From Nemertoderma westbladi (Eukaryota > Animalia > Xenacoelomorpha): 60,268 nucleotides of DNA. Below the pieces are notes generated by a model. It worked only from the letters and a program-made list of their open reading frames with translations, did not search any database and was not told the origin of the DNA. The first letter of the stretch is position 1, and each line of letters begins with the position of its first letter. Of this stretch, positions 37,295-51,192 are shown piece after piece. The stretch covers positions 1 to 60,268 of the forward strand of contig JAUCBJ010008704.1 of NCBI GenBank assembly GCA_032718475.1. Reading direction: 5' to 3'. Position numbers and translations under genes: made by a program.

Positions 37295-38859
37295 GGTGAG
37301 TTTTGAAATTACCCGCGAAAAATTACCATGTTGAAAAGACCATTCATAGAATCATCAACTTTATCAAAGGCATCATCAACTTATATCAACCATAACCTGA
37401 TCACAATCATTAGTAATGTTTAGATGGAATAAGCGCAATGCATTACAATGTGATGTTCTATGGGAATTCCACAGAGGATCGAGGGCATCAATGATCTAAT
37501 TTATACTGAAGGTACCTGTAACGAGCGTAGACTACTGGACTATGCCTATTTCAGCAATAATTATTTGCGTTTTGGATTACAATTAAGTACATCCACACCA
37601 TACAGACAAACATGCATACAAACAGGCATACAAACAGACAACAACCCAAACCACAATGATAATTCTGTAATTAATTATCGTTCAGATTCAGGTTTGCAGG
37701 CATTTCATTTATGTGCCGTATGTTTTTGTGTGTTTTTGTGTGTTTTTGTGCGTTTTTGTGTGTTTTTGTGTGTTTTTGTGTGTTTTTGTGTGTTTTTGTG
37801 TGTTTTTGTGTGTTTTTGGTGTAAATAGACATCCCCGTATAATTTCAGCCTAGATTTATAGAAATAAAGATAATAGGCCTATCGTAAATACCGGTATATC
37901 AATTATTTTAAATAATTGAATTTCTGAACTTTAGGGTTACTTTGTTACTTTACTTACTTTATTACCGTTATTTGAACAGTAGTCCAACTGATATTGAGAC
38001 CTAATGGTTATATGGTAGGCCTACTATTTATAAATCGTTAGATTTGATTTATAATATATATATACCCGTTTTAATGGGTTTTGTCAATGTTTGAAATAAA
38101 TGTTATTATTTCTGGGGAGTAATCACTACACAAAGCGGTGTGCTTTCAGTGAAGTGTTACTTATAGGACACTAAAACAAATAATACTAATTTACCTAAGT
38201 TACTTAATACTACAAATTACGTACAATTCGGGTGAGATTACAATCTCTAAATAAACACAAAAATTTACAAAACACAAATACGAATTTTTAGGGTAATTTT
38301 ACAAGAAGTCTACAAACCAGCCTAACAAAGGGTTAGAATACCGGTTATTACAACGGACAAGGTACTACGGTGTTTTGAAATAATAAGTAGTAGTAAATAC
38401 ACTGCGTTGTCTAGATAGGAAAATACCACCGCCTGACGACCTATAGCCGTATCGCTATAGGTTCTACGTTATGTATCACGGAGTGTTCCTACCTAGAAGT
38501 TAATAGAGCTAATCGAATGTGCCTATCAACCACTTTACAACACAAATATAATGCCTACACTAATTACTTCGGAAAGCACTGTACACTAAACCCTAAATTA
38601 GGTACAAGTACTTGTACAACAGATAATCAGTAGTTAAATATACTTGAACAGCTAAAAGAACCACGGCATCTGCTGGAGTGACCGATGCACAAAATCACCA
38701 GTCTTTACCTACGCCGAGCAGCCCGTGTAGTACCGGGGTTAATTTAACTATAGCGGTATGTATAACAAACACAATTACTGTAGGAACAAACTTAGGGAAT
38801 GAATGTTGCGGATAATCGCATAAACTCTGAATAATAAATATTACGCTACGCGTACAAAC

Positions 38860-39410
38860 TACTCAAACAAAATACAGACCGAACACTGACAGACTACTAT
38901 CAAGCCTAAACAAACTACGGTATATGCAGACTCCGAAATGGTTAGGGAGTATGCGCTCTAACCCAGTAGTGCGACTTATTCTTTAGTTGGGGTTTACCTT
39001 ACAGCGTTCGCTGCCCTTACTGCCTAACCGTACTTAATCGGACAGATGATCTACACACGCGGCAATCCGTTCAGACCTAATAACAGCCAGACAACTATCC
39101 AGCCTACAAATTATCTAAATAAAATTATACGCTACCCGTACAGACTTACACAAACAAAGTACAGACTAAACGATGGCAGACTACTCTCAAGCCTAAATAA
39201 ACCACAGGACATGCAGACTCCGAAATGATTAGGGAGTATGCGCTCTAACCCAGTAGTGCGACTTATTCTTTAGTTGGGGGTTTACCTCACTGCGTTCGCT
39301 GCCCCTACTTCCTAATCGTACTTAATCGGACAGGTGCTCTACACACACTGTAATCCGTTCAGACTTAACAGCAATCAGACAACAGCTCAGCCTACAAATT
39401 GTCTGTACAA
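38860..39410 (-). repeat. Two ~287-bp direct repeats in the leader of BEL copy 1
   Basis: GCAGACTCCGAAATG.TTAGGGAGTATGCGCTCTAACCCAGTAGTGCGACTTATTC occurs at ~38926 and ~39213. Confidence 0.85.
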
Positions 39411-39693
39411 TCTGATCAGGTTTACACGCCTTCTTGTTCAATACTGGCCTACAAACAAATAAAACTGACAGAAATAAATAAGCTCCAAAAGAAACAAGGG
39501 GTGTACAGTCCCTAATCTCTTAAACAGCCTACCGGTATACAACAATCAAATCGAATAATACTAGTGTACTTATACGGCAGTACCGGTTCTAGCGGTTGGG
39601 CCTACTGACCTACAGGTGTACTGTTCAGGTTTACCGGTTGACCGGTACTTTCAACTTTATTGCTTACTGCAACAAAGAAGCTATATCCTTTAA

Positions 39694-40918
39694 TGTTCGC
39701 GCTTTCAGACCTTTGGCAGTTTAACCCACCAAATTAAGATGTCTTCTAGATATTAAATCTGCTTTTAGTCTATGACAAGTATTTGATTCACTACACTAGT
39801 CGAAACCAATCCGTGCGCGACCATTCACCCGCTGGATATTCCCGGGAGATTGGGTTCGACGGTTTAATTTTATTGCTATGTAAGCCTAATGTATTATTCG
39901 ACTGACAGTATTATATAATCTCTGACAATATTATTCACCTTCGGTAATATTAACAGTTCCTTTAGGACGTGGCGCTTTATCTATACAAACAGAGTTATGA
40001 CTTAAACTACTCACAACGATATGGCTTAATTATAATTCACATATATGGCGCATTCTTTAGGAATTGCTTCTTTAACAGACTCACTCATACACAATGCTGC
40101 ACAATACTGCACACTAATCTGCCAATCTTCACTGATTTTAGTCACATATAAAAGGAACACAGGCTGACTCATGTAGGGTCTATCAAATAACATTAGATTC
40201 ACTTCAAACCACTTTAACATAAGTCACAATCGTTATTGGTAACCTTTCTCTCTTACCTTCGGTATATCAAGAATATTGGGTTGCGGGGTTATTTATCGTT
40301 ATTCCAAATATAATAATTCATCAACCATATTATGAAGAACTGACAGTAAATAGCAGTATAAACAACAACTGAACAGTTAGGTATATCGGTACATCAGTAC
40401 CGGTATGTCAGCATTGAGATATTTACAGAGATATTCAAGTTAAAGGATATATGCCCTTTATAATTAAACCTACTAGTGTAAGACTAAAAAGCAGTACAGC
40501 ACAAAATACTTCCAAGCCGTTCTTTCTTTGGCTCAAGACTGAATGTAAACACTGCACATAGGCATTGCGTCATTTCTCGGAAATTTTCTGTACAAGGAGC
40601 CACAAAAACGCTCTCATTGGCTGACTGAACTGAGAGACGCTGTAGAACAAAGGAAATCAACACGTATGAATGTCAGCTGTTAACCATAGTCATAGTAACT
40701 ACTGTTCAAGAGTAGCTATCACCCTTTTGCGTCACGAATTGCCATAGAATCATAAAATATGCCTTTCACAGTACACATACAGAGGAAATAGGTCTTAGAT
40801 CCTCTAAAAACACAGATACAGCAATAATACGGTCTCTTACACTTATTAAATCAACTACAGAGTATTTTAATGTAAAAGATAATAAAAATAACGGGGCAAT
40901 TCAGCAAAGGCTTTTACA
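39694..40918 (-). repeat. 5' LTR of BEL/Pao copy 1
   Basis: Upstream of gag on the minus strand; CCAAT at 40616-40620; AATAAA near 39870. Confidence 0.95.
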
Positions 40919-42916
40919 GACGGTCTGTCGGTCTTTCTGTCAGTCAGTCTGTCAAAAATTAAAAAAGGAATACAAACTAACTAACATTCTCGCTATGGGG
41001 GTTTTAATGGGTGTTGATTTCATTTCAGATGTCAGTTTTCACGTTAAAAAAATATAGTCTGTCTGGCTGTCGGTCTGTCGGTCCTTCTGTCAGTCAGTAT
41101 GTCAAAACTTAAGAAAGTATACAAACTAACTAACATTCTCGCATTGGGGGTTTTAAGGGTTGCTGATTTCATTTCTGATGTCAGTTTACATGTTTACATA
41201 AATCTAGTCTGTCTGTCTGACGGTCTTTCTGTCAGTCTGTACTACTGTACTGTGGTTGGCATTACGCCATATACCTAACACTAATTAGGAGCCCGCTCGA
41301 CAGGCGGGATACTTACTGTAAAAATCTGCGGGATACTTACTGTAAAAATCTCAGGATATATAACTGACTGACTGATAATTATCTAGGTTCAGGCACTTCC
41401 TGCCTGGCGATTTTGTTGAAATTTTACAAGTAAATTGCTTTGGTGGTTCATAATCGCGTTACAAAATATCAGATCAATTCAATGTGTGGTATTCGATATA
41501 TTTCGTTTTTTTGAAATTATTTTGTCGCGAAATTAAAAGCAATGGTAAAGTAACAACTCCTCCCTGAGCTGCTGCAACAGCTAGCTGTGTAGTAATGGTT
41601 GAGTGCAGGGCTGCTTGAGATAGAATTACATCAATGCGGAATTTCTTGACTACACCCCTCCTGCTGCTGGCTGCTGTCTGAGTCTACACATCCTTTATCA
41701 GCTCTCAGGGATAGACAGAAAATAGTTGAGTTGTCAATAAACAAAATAAATTATACCACTGCAGTAGGATTATATTATTATTCCACGAATCATTGGGCTG
41801 ATTATTTAGTATAGGATATATGTAGAAAGTTCTTAAAAATAATATTCTTATTTTTTTTATTACATAGGATTAGCATCATTTTTTAGCTGAAGCATTAATA
41901 GTGCAAATTAATTTAATTATATTTTAATACCATTACTACATTGGCATAAGATAAGTTTTAACATTTCTTAGAAATATTATAAAACTCAATAGTGATGCGA
42001 ACATAAAACTCAAATCACACAAATTTAAAAGAACCGTGTGTGTTGTCATAAATATCTATCTCCATAGGTTATTCTGCTTGACTGGGTCTAGGTGCGGCTT
42101 TGCTTTTGGGACGGGGTGCTGATTGAAAGGGGGGTTGAAGGGGGGAACTGTCCCCCTTTTCACTTGGACTGATTTGCGGTTTTGTTAAATTTCTTGGATA
42201 TAGTTGTTGTGATGCTAAAATTTAATTTGTCTTTGATAATGTATTATTTTGTTTCATATTGTTTAGACCTTAAATTTTCATAATATATTAGTTGAGTTTT
42301 TGTTTATACATTAGCTCTATAATATATTATATAATTTGTATTATATTGAAAAAATTGAATGAAACTGTTATCACTATTATTATCTTACTAGAACTACTGA
42401 CACTAATGTGGAAAAGCTAGGATATTTGCGCTTTGTTTGTGTTTTAGTTTTAGTAACTATAGCTACCCCTTTCTATTGTTAGTTTTGTTCTATAATGCAG
42501 CATTGGTTGATTGCCTTAGCAGCCGGTGTTGTAATATTCGTATGGAAATGGAGTCTGCAATATAGGGTGGTTCTATGGTGGGTTCAGGGTCATCACTCGC
42601 TCGGTGTCCTGGTTGTTATTATTATTATATTTCCTGGTTGTTAGTATTATTATATTTCCTGGTTGTTAGTATTATTATCTTACTACTATGCGACCCCACT
42701 ATTCGTAGAAAACAATACGAATTACGAGGGCTTAATCGGTCCTAATATTCGTTTTAAACAAAATAATTGTAAATGACCCTTCGGAGGGCAAATCAAATTA
42801 TACAATTAAAAAATATCAAACTGAATTAAAATTCCCGATCAAATAAATAGCGACGTTTTAAAATTAATGACATTTATCACATTTACAATTTAACAACATT
42901 TAAAATAAATACATAC

Positions 42917-43028
42917 CTCCATCTACAATTTCTACCTGAGAATTTCTTTTATCATAAACAGTTAGATGAGCACTGCTCTTTTTCTTTCCTTTACCCTTTG
43001 AACCTTTTTTCCCCTTTCCTTTCGGCAT
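42917..43028 (-). CDS. First coding exon of an unidentified, probably ciliary gene (MPKGKGKKGSKGKGKKKSSAHLTVYDKRNSQVEIVDG)
   Basis: ACCATG start after a tttag acceptor; donor G|GTATGT after 42917 (alternative CAG|GTAGAA after 42936); upstream donor GTAAG near 43405 next to an X-box. Confidence 0.6.
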
Positions 43029-43427
43029 GGTTGAAATTACACTAAACTTTATAAAATAAAGTTAAAATATTCTAAATATAACGGTAATAACTTTAAGTGA
43101 CATATTTTTAAAACTTTTTGTTTCTCGAATAATTAATTCCATAACAATTTGATTTAATATAAATTAAAGCATTACATTAAACTTTTATTAATTTAGGTTG
43201 ATAATATAAATTTTTCCAATTTATCTAACTACAAACTATTTAATGACCGACATTGCGAATTTATATTCGCTCATTAATAAAAAAAAAAAAATTTACAAGT
43301 GAGACTAATTAATGATTTATCACGAAGTCTCCTCACTAATACATAGAACCCTAAAATAGTGCCACATTTCAGGCTATCTTAATATTATTCACCAATATTT
43401 CTTACCATTGGTACTCCACTTTGTGTT

Positions 43428-43440
43428 GTTGCCAGGCAAT
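43428..43440. promoter_or_regulatory. RFX X-box-like motif in a putative bidirectional promoter
   Basis: GTTGCCAGGCAAT with adjacent forkhead-like TAAACA (43446-43451), between the minus-strand gene and SPEF2. Confidence 0.55.
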
Positions 43441-44929
43441 ATTCATAAACATTAAACTAAATACAAAGCATTTCATGTTGATTTGCATTGGAGACAAGTA
43501 ACGATACTGAAGTACTGAAGTAGGCCTAAATATATCTATCTGCCTGGTTATTCTGTTTGAGGTTTGACCGTGACTACTTTGACGTACATGGATGTCCTAC
43601 TGTATAAATAATAATATGAAGTACAGTACATATAACATAATATAAGTAGATAGTAGGCCTACAAACATATATCTGCAATGCAGTATCTAATTAATTTACA
43701 GTATAATTTACTATCCACACGTACTGTAGTAGGTAGGTAACGTATATATATATATAAATACATAAGTAGCTAATCAAAAACATAAAATAGCTAGTAAAAT
43801 ATGAAAAATATAATATTAAATTTAATTGTAGGTGTTTTTTGGAACATGATAACTTATTGTTTTTGAAATTCACCTATAGACGGTCGCGGTGGTAACGTGT
43901 AGCTTCTTCACAAAGAATCACAATCACTGTTTTTACTCGAACTACAGTTATAAGTATCCAATAAGCTAAACAAGAACTAAATACGTGCATTGCTTATTAA
44001 ATCAACTAAAACATTAATTGAATAGTTGCATTGATATTTAAAGTTCCCAATAAATACCACACATATTTAGATAATCCCTTTTACACTTTTACTTGATAGG
44101 CAAGTAAAAGAAATTTTACTAGGCCTTCGACCCCGAGAAATATATGCTTTTACAGTAGGCCTACTGTCCCTCGAAAATGTGAATTACAAAGTCTGGCAAA
44201 AAAATGTTACTTTTTTTCGTAAAAGAAATAGTTAATGTTATCAAGATATTTTTCTATAATCCTGTAGTATACCATGGCATATTATTTATTTATATTTCCT
44301 TATTTAACTTTTTTTTCTAATTTTGATTTGTAATAGCGATATTTTTTGCTCCATCACGTGAAAACATGTTTTGAAAGTGACATTTTTGAATTTCATTAAT
44401 GTCTTCTGGTTCTTCCGGCTCTTCAAATTTTGAATTTTTTGCCAATTTTTATGACTTTTTTTTCAAAATTGGTACTGTATAACATTAACCTTATAGCAAT
44501 GATATAATTATCATTGGAACCGCAATAGTTGACGGTGTTAGTAGATGTAGACAAAGGCACATCCATAACAACAGCAGAGTCAATGGTTTTCAAGATTTTG
44601 ACAGATTCAATACTATTTTTTGTTACTATTTATAATAATATATAAATAAAAATATATATAAATTTACAATACTATTTATTGCCTTACTGAATTGAGGATT
44701 GGCTCATTCGAATCATATTGGTCGACTTAGTGGGTGTAGATAGGCCTACATGAATTCCTACGAAACAACAGTAGAACCAAACTCTTTTTTAAGATTTATT
44801 TTTTTCAGGAATCCAATCTTATCATTAGAAATGTTTTTGTTTATTTTCCAATTTAAAAATGTAAATTATTAACTCATGTCATGATTTCCTAATTGGAATT
44901 AGGCACCTCACACAGAGCAACTAGTTGCT

Positions 44930-46140
44930 CACCCCGGGGCTGAACTAACTTTTAGTCGAAAATATTTCCCCAGACATTTTGACAAGATTTTTGAACTTCA
45001 TTCCGCTTTACTTATGAGAAAAATTTAATTAAAAAAAAAATTGTTGATGTCCGGGTTCAGAATCGTCCGGCCCCTATTTCCGGACTGTCCTGTTTCCGAC
45101 TCAGTTATACAACCGGACAGGAAATAATTCCCCCAAAATTTCTGAAACTATATTTGACGTACTATTAGTTAGGCCTATCTGAATAAAATAAACAAAAAAT
45201 TTAAAAAAACGGTCGATGTCCAATCTATTTCTTAATAATTATTAATAATTTGTTATAAATAAATTAGTGGGCTGGCCATGAATATGGATCCAGTTGGGGA
45301 AATAATTCCCCCGGGCATTTTGGTTAGTTATAACACATGACAACTTCTTTTCTAACGTAAATAACGGAAAAAAAAAGAGAAAAACTGTCGATGTCCAAGC
45401 TATTTATTATTCAACACAATTTTTAATAAATATGCTGTCAGAATGCGATACACCTATAGCCCAGAGCCCCGAAGTTAACTTATAGACTGGCTATTAGGTT
45501 TATATCGTCTGTGGAAGTTGCTACGAGTCTAATTTACCAGGAAATTATTAAAAAGAAAAAATTCAAATTGCTTTAACAACACTAAACATGCATAACTATT
45601 ATTAACTATTTACTAAATTGTTGCTCTTTATCGTCATCTTTCTGCATTATACTGTATATCGTTTTTTCGTTTTTTCTGTATTGACAAATTACCCCGGTGA
45701 TTTTCTCTACTGTTTTGAATTGCATGCCATTTTACTTCAAAAAATTTTTTTTTTTTGTCGATGTCCGGATTCAGAATTATCTTGGCAGAGTTCCGGACAT
45801 GCCTGATCCCATACCGGACACATGCGTTTTCAGTCTAAACAATTTAACAATTGGACATCGACCGTTTTTCATTATTTTTTTGTTTGTTTTACTCAGATGA
45901 CTAATAGTAAGTCAAATATAGTTTCAGAAATTTTGGGGGAATTATTTACTGTCCGGTTGTATAACTGAGTCGGAAACCGGACAGTCCGGAAATGGGGCCA
46001 GACGATTATAAACCCGGACATCGACAATTTTTTTTAAAATTAAATTGTTCTCATAAGCAAAGCGGAATGGAGTTCAAAAAACTTGTCAAAATGTCTGGGG
46101 AATTATTTTCGACTAAAAGTCAGTTCAGCTCCGGGATGTG
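44930..46140. mobile_element. Non-autonomous DNA transposon with ~290-bp TIRs
   Basis: CCCGGGGCTGAACTAACTTTTAGTCGAAAA / TTTTCGACTAAAAGTCAGTTCAGCTCCGGG; possible 2-bp TSD CT (uncertain). Confidence 0.75.
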
Positions 46141-46520
46141 CTGTAATCTTCCCAGCAACTTATTGCTCACCCCCTTTCGTAGAAACTTTCGCTGCAGAAA
46201 TAAGTGGCAACAACAAAAGTTGCTCTCAAAATTTTTTATTATTTATTAGGCCCCCCGCCTAACAAATAATAAAAAATTTTTCTTAATACAGTATAATACA
46301 GTATATAATTATTATCAACACAAGATGAAGTATATTAATTATCATTATTTCTCGTACTGTATTATAATTTTATGAATAAATTAATTAAGTATGGGTCCCA
46401 TAATATTTTCTATGATTTAGACAATTTTTATATTATATCTTATTTTGCTATTATAATGACGTAGATAAGTAGCTGATTGGTTGATGGAATAGTTATTGCA
46501 GATAGTTTTTCAACCGAATT

Positions 46521-48518
46521 ATGACTGATATTCTGTGCAAGTGGTTGAACGATGAGGTTGGTTTATCCAAACACATCCAACCCAATGACATCGCCAAGGA
46601 TTTCGCCAGTGGATATCTATTGGGCGAACTCCTGCAAAAATACCAACTGCAAGACGACTTCGGGGCCTTTTCTCAGTCACAAGTTTCTAATTCCAAACTG
46701 AATAATTTTACTCGTTTGGAACCGTCGCTGAAACTGTTGGGAATTCCGTTCGATACAAATTCTGCACGATGGATAATGAACGGGAAGCCAGGAGATGCGA
46801 CTCGTCTACTTTACCAACTGTTTGTCGCCTTAGGGAACAAGAAGAGGTCAAACTTAACTCAGGCCGCCATGATGTCGATGAGAGCCAAGGCACCAGCAAA
46901 ATTAGAATCTCTACAACGTCCTATATACACTGAGAGATTGAAAACAATAGTCCCGCGGCAAACTGACCTCAATCTTGATGCAGTTTCGGCCCCTTTTCAA
47001 GAAAAGCGTCGAAAACTTATAGAAAAAAGTTTTATTGAGCGTTACCAGGACGACGAACGTTTGAGGGCATATTATCAGGATTTACGACAACAAAATCTTG
47101 AGAGGTCTAAAGAACAACAACGAAACTTAAGCGAAATGGTAGCAAAAATACAAGCAGCCATTGTTGAAATTCCAAAAGTACCAAATTATGCACTTAAAGC
47201 ACAGAAAATACGTCGAGAAAAAGCAAAACATTTTGTGGCAGAGAGCACAAAAAAATGCATTGCCGATTTTGAAGAGAAAATATTAAAAGCAACCCAAAGT
47301 AAGTTGCAAATGGGTGAAGGGGATCAAACAGCAGATCAAGAAAACAAACTGATTGAATATATACGCGAACAAAGTGAACTGACTGAAGCTAAACCGGATA
47401 ATATAGAGCTAATTAGATTAAGATCCAATGAGTCATATATTAATAAAACTAAGAAAAGGTTGGACGAAGACCAGGCAGCTAGGTCCGAAAGGGAAAAACG
47501 CAGGCGTAAGGTTCTTATTGATCAGCTGAAAGCACATGACACCATAGAGGACATTAAAAGAGAAGAAGCTCTTGTCAATAGATTGATGCGTCAGTCTCAA
47601 CAAGAACGTCGCATAGCAGTGCAGCTCCTTCAGACCAGACATGAAAAGCAAGTAATCATACAAAATCGGGAATTTCGACAGCGACAATATGAAGAGAGGC
47701 GGAAGTTTGAATTTTTGGATGCGTTAGAACGCGAGGGCGAAATGTGCCGCTTAGCAAAGGAATCGTATGCGACCCAAATAACGGAAAATAAAGAACTACA
47801 TGAAAAAATTATGCATGAACGCGCACAAGATAAATATGAAAAACATTATCAAATATGCCTGGAAAATTTATTGCAAATTGTTGACATGTCGACAAAGATT
47901 GGTGAATATAACCATCTTACGGACAATCTAGTTCCATCTAAGCTTTTCCAAGAATGGAAATCTCTATATTGTGCTGGACTACCGTTATATGAGGAAGAGC
48001 TATTACCTGAGTTAGAAGAGCAGGTAGATGAAGAAGGTAATATTATTGTTGTTGACCGAACAGCTAATATTGATAGCGAATTTGAAAAAGAAAATATTCT
48101 TGATGAAAGTGACTTCGCAGATTATAGGGAATATTATGGAGAGTGGGCTTCTCTCGAATCTAATTTCCAACAACCTTCCAGGAATATTGTTCTGGGTCAT
48201 ATTATACACCGACTATATAATATTGTCCACCCACCCCCTGAGCCCAGCCCTCCACCCCAACTACCAGCATTTCCAATAAAAGCAGCGGTTTTGGGAAAAT
48301 ATTATGCTGGAAAGTCAACACTGTTGCATAATCTAGCAGAAAAATATAGGTTGCAGATACTTTCCTCGGAAGAGTTGATTCACCAAGCAGTATTTGCCCA
48401 TCAATCTGGTGAGCAAGAAGTAATTACTCCACCACCAACACCTGTGCCCCAAACACCACCGCCAAGTAGTACTGCAGATATACATGTTGTAGCAGGCGAT
48501 AATGTCGACTCAAAATTG
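46521..48518 (+). CDS. SPEF2: Sperm flagellar protein 2, first coding exon (~666 aa); gene continues beyond the window
   Basis: CH-like N-terminus MTDILCKWLN..V.LS...DFASGYLLGELL.KY.LQDDF..FS..SKLNNF.RLEP.L, coiled coil REKRRRKVL, P-loop GKYYAGKST; likely donor TTG|GTGTGT at 48519; acceptor ttgcag just upstream of the ATG. Confidence 0.92.
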
Positions 48519-51192
48519 GTGTGTAAATTAGGTTGCAGCTTACAGTTTTATTATGTCAATAAAATGTGTAAGACAAAGGATCGTTAATCGCATGGTAATT
48601 AACTGTAGAATAATGATAAAAATACCACTGAAATATAAAAAAAATAATAACAGCTTAAATAAATTTTGAGGAGAACTCTAATAGTAGTGCCTAGAAAGGC
48701 CTTGATGTTATGATAAGGAATTTTAGTGGGATAATAAAATAAATAAACATTACAGTTTTATTTTAACTTCGAAATTGAATTTTTGAATATTATTCCATAT
48801 TGGTAGGCCCCCCTTCATCAAATTCAATATTTTGACTGAAGTAGGCCCCCTACATACTTTAGCAGCTTCAAACTACAGTACTGTAAATGTACAAGGCAGA
48901 CTAGACAGGGGTGTGTTTTTATCAACTTTTAGATAGAACACGATACGAAAAAAATACTAAACTTTTTTCGTATTTCGTATCGTATCTTGGAATTTTCGTA
49001 TCGTATCGTATTTTCTATAAACTGTATTCGTATCGTATCGTGAAAAATTGTATTCGTATCGTATCGTGAGAAATTGGTTCGTATCGTATCGTATCGTATC
49101 CTGTCCCTGGTTATAACTAAAAGTTATGTTGTGGTTGTGGGGTTTTACTGGTCGCTAATTTCATTTCAAACGTCAGTTTTCTCTTTTAACGAACACTAGG
49201 GCCTATATACATCTCAAAAATAAGGAAAGCATTCCAACTAGCTGCAAATTTTGTTATGGCGGGTTATTGTTTGTGATTTCATTTCCGATATAAGTTTTCG
49301 TGTTTGATGTCATCCACATTATCTGTCCAGCAGTCGGTTATATTTTGACGAACAGACAGACAGTAATGACATACAGACATGATGCTGTCAAATGAGTTAA
49401 CTGAAATTATTAGATAGATAAATTTCGCAATGAAATGTTTTATTCCAAATTTGAACTAGTCTGCAGGCTAGTGAAATATACTGTAGGCATACAGTACACG
49501 TTCGTGGGGCCTTCGCGCAGCACGAGAGCCTATATTAGAAAGTACATTATACTAATCTCTATTAGATATACGAAAACTGTCTTTCCTAAAATATAAATGA
49601 GTGAAGGCGATGCTATCAGTTAATGATAAACTAGTTGTAAAAACAGATATCCATTTCAGTTTGCCCTTAGACACTTTAACTGTCACTTGTAAACCTTCTA
49701 ACTAGGACTATTTAAGTTAAGTATGACATTTTTAGTTTTACAATACTCTTCTCCTTCATTAGGCTCGTTGTACATAATTTCCCTAAACGGAGACTAACGA
49801 CCTTTGTAACTGTACAAAGTCTCGAAACTGTGAGAGTAACTGCTGATCTGATTTATGGCAGATGGATACTCGTATCCACTGTAAACTCGTTGCGTTCGTT
49901 CGTTTTTGACCAAACTTGAGATTCTTTCTAAACTTTTGCCGGACTACATACGTACCAAGTTTCGTTTATTTTCATTAACGAATGACCGAGTTATTAGCGA
50001 TCAAAGATTTACGACGATGACAAGATGACGACGACAGACAACTCGCCAATGGCACCCTATGCTAAGGCTTCGCTCACTTCGTGGCTCGCCCCACAATTTT
50101 AAATATACATTTTTTAAATGAAACCTTTCATGACGTCACACTTTTTTTAAACAATTGATCCAACATTTTTGACAAACATAAGATTAGGATTATTTTACTA
50201 CTGTATAATCTAATACATTACTGTACTCAAATACTCTTACTGTATCTATAACTAGAAAGCCAGCAAGCTGGCTTTAAACGAACCCTCAAACCCTCAAAGC
50301 CCCTCAAACCAGTACTCTCTCACTCTATCCCAGACAGTAATCAAACATCAACTGTTAGTTTGTATAATGTATTTCCCCGCCAGCTCGATAGCTCTTCCCA
50401 GTGAATCCTATGGGAATATCATTGTAAGCCCTGGGCCGTTCAAATGTTTTATAGGTTGATGATAATGAATAAGGAGGGACCCAACTAACACAACGTTTGT
50501 CAATGGACGGTCTCCTTATAGCTTGGTGGCTTATAGCTTACTGGCTTTTCTAGTTGAATCATATTATTCTGCAACCAATAATGTACTCTTTTAAACGAAT
50601 TAGTGCGTCTTTTTGCCCGTCTAACAAATTTTGGCGACGTTCTGTGCGAGATTGGCGATATTTGAAAAGATTCTGAGGCTCAAATATGTTGCTCAAATGA
50701 CTGAATAGCCCTAATAAAAAAGTTGGTGCATACTGGACTAGTTGAAATCGGTGAAATTCGACTTTAAATTTTCAAAACCGCTATTTTTCAGTGACCCCCT
50801 GATCGAAACGCCACAAAAAATATACAGTCTTGTGCGCAACCAAAATTTATGTAGAGTTTGTTATTAAACTTTTTGCGTTCTGCTTCAGTTTTTGAGATAT
50901 TGGATGGTTATACTGTACACACACCCACATCTGTTTTTAAACGGCTCAACTCTTGACAAGAACTACCCTGGCCTATTAATAGGCAGGTTCGTTAATACCT
51001 GAATACAGTAATTATAATAGAACAACAAACCTTGCCGTAATTTTTTTATTACTTCTTCTTATACTGTAAATTTAGCTACACAGAAACAGGATCCCTCAAA
51101 CGTAATTTGAACGATTTATAAATAAACAGTATAATATTATGGGTTTGTTCAGAAGTGGAAAAAATGAGAAGGCGCGTCACCGGGGGTTGAAC

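Larger units (their letters stand above)
30647..37836 (-). mobile_element. Mutator-like (MULE) DNA transposon inserted in the LTR element leader
   Basis: ~465-bp TIRs (30647-31110, 37360-37836) starting GGGGA(C/T)GTCTATTTACACC; 9-bp TSD GTATAATTT at 30638-30646 and 37837-37845. Confidence 0.95.
22966..40918 (-). mobile_element. Complete non-autonomous BEL/Pao LTR retrotransposon (copy 1)
   Basis: 1225-bp LTRs (TG...CA), 5-bp TSD GACGG (22961-22965, 40919-40923), short PPT TGGGAGCGG (24191-24199, minus), BEL-type Gag and protease. Confidence 0.95.
22520..41240. repeat. ~130-bp tandem repeat with CTGT/CGGT microsatellite (Helentron-associated-like), split by the LTR element
   Basis: Same unit (GAATACAAACTAACTAACATTCTCGCTATGGGGGTTTTAAGGGG...) at 22520-22965 and 40919-41240, continuous across the insertion. 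Confidence 0.75.

Noticed and set aside
42917-43028. Calling the exon GAS8/DRC4 from the K/G-rich start and IVDG
   Set aside because: Low-complexity similarity only; the candidate downstream exon does not resemble GAS8.
49788-49842. Second hammerhead-like string (CTAACGA...stem...GAAAC...GTA)
   Set aside because: Core lacks the invariant CUGA and no helix I or III pairing was found.
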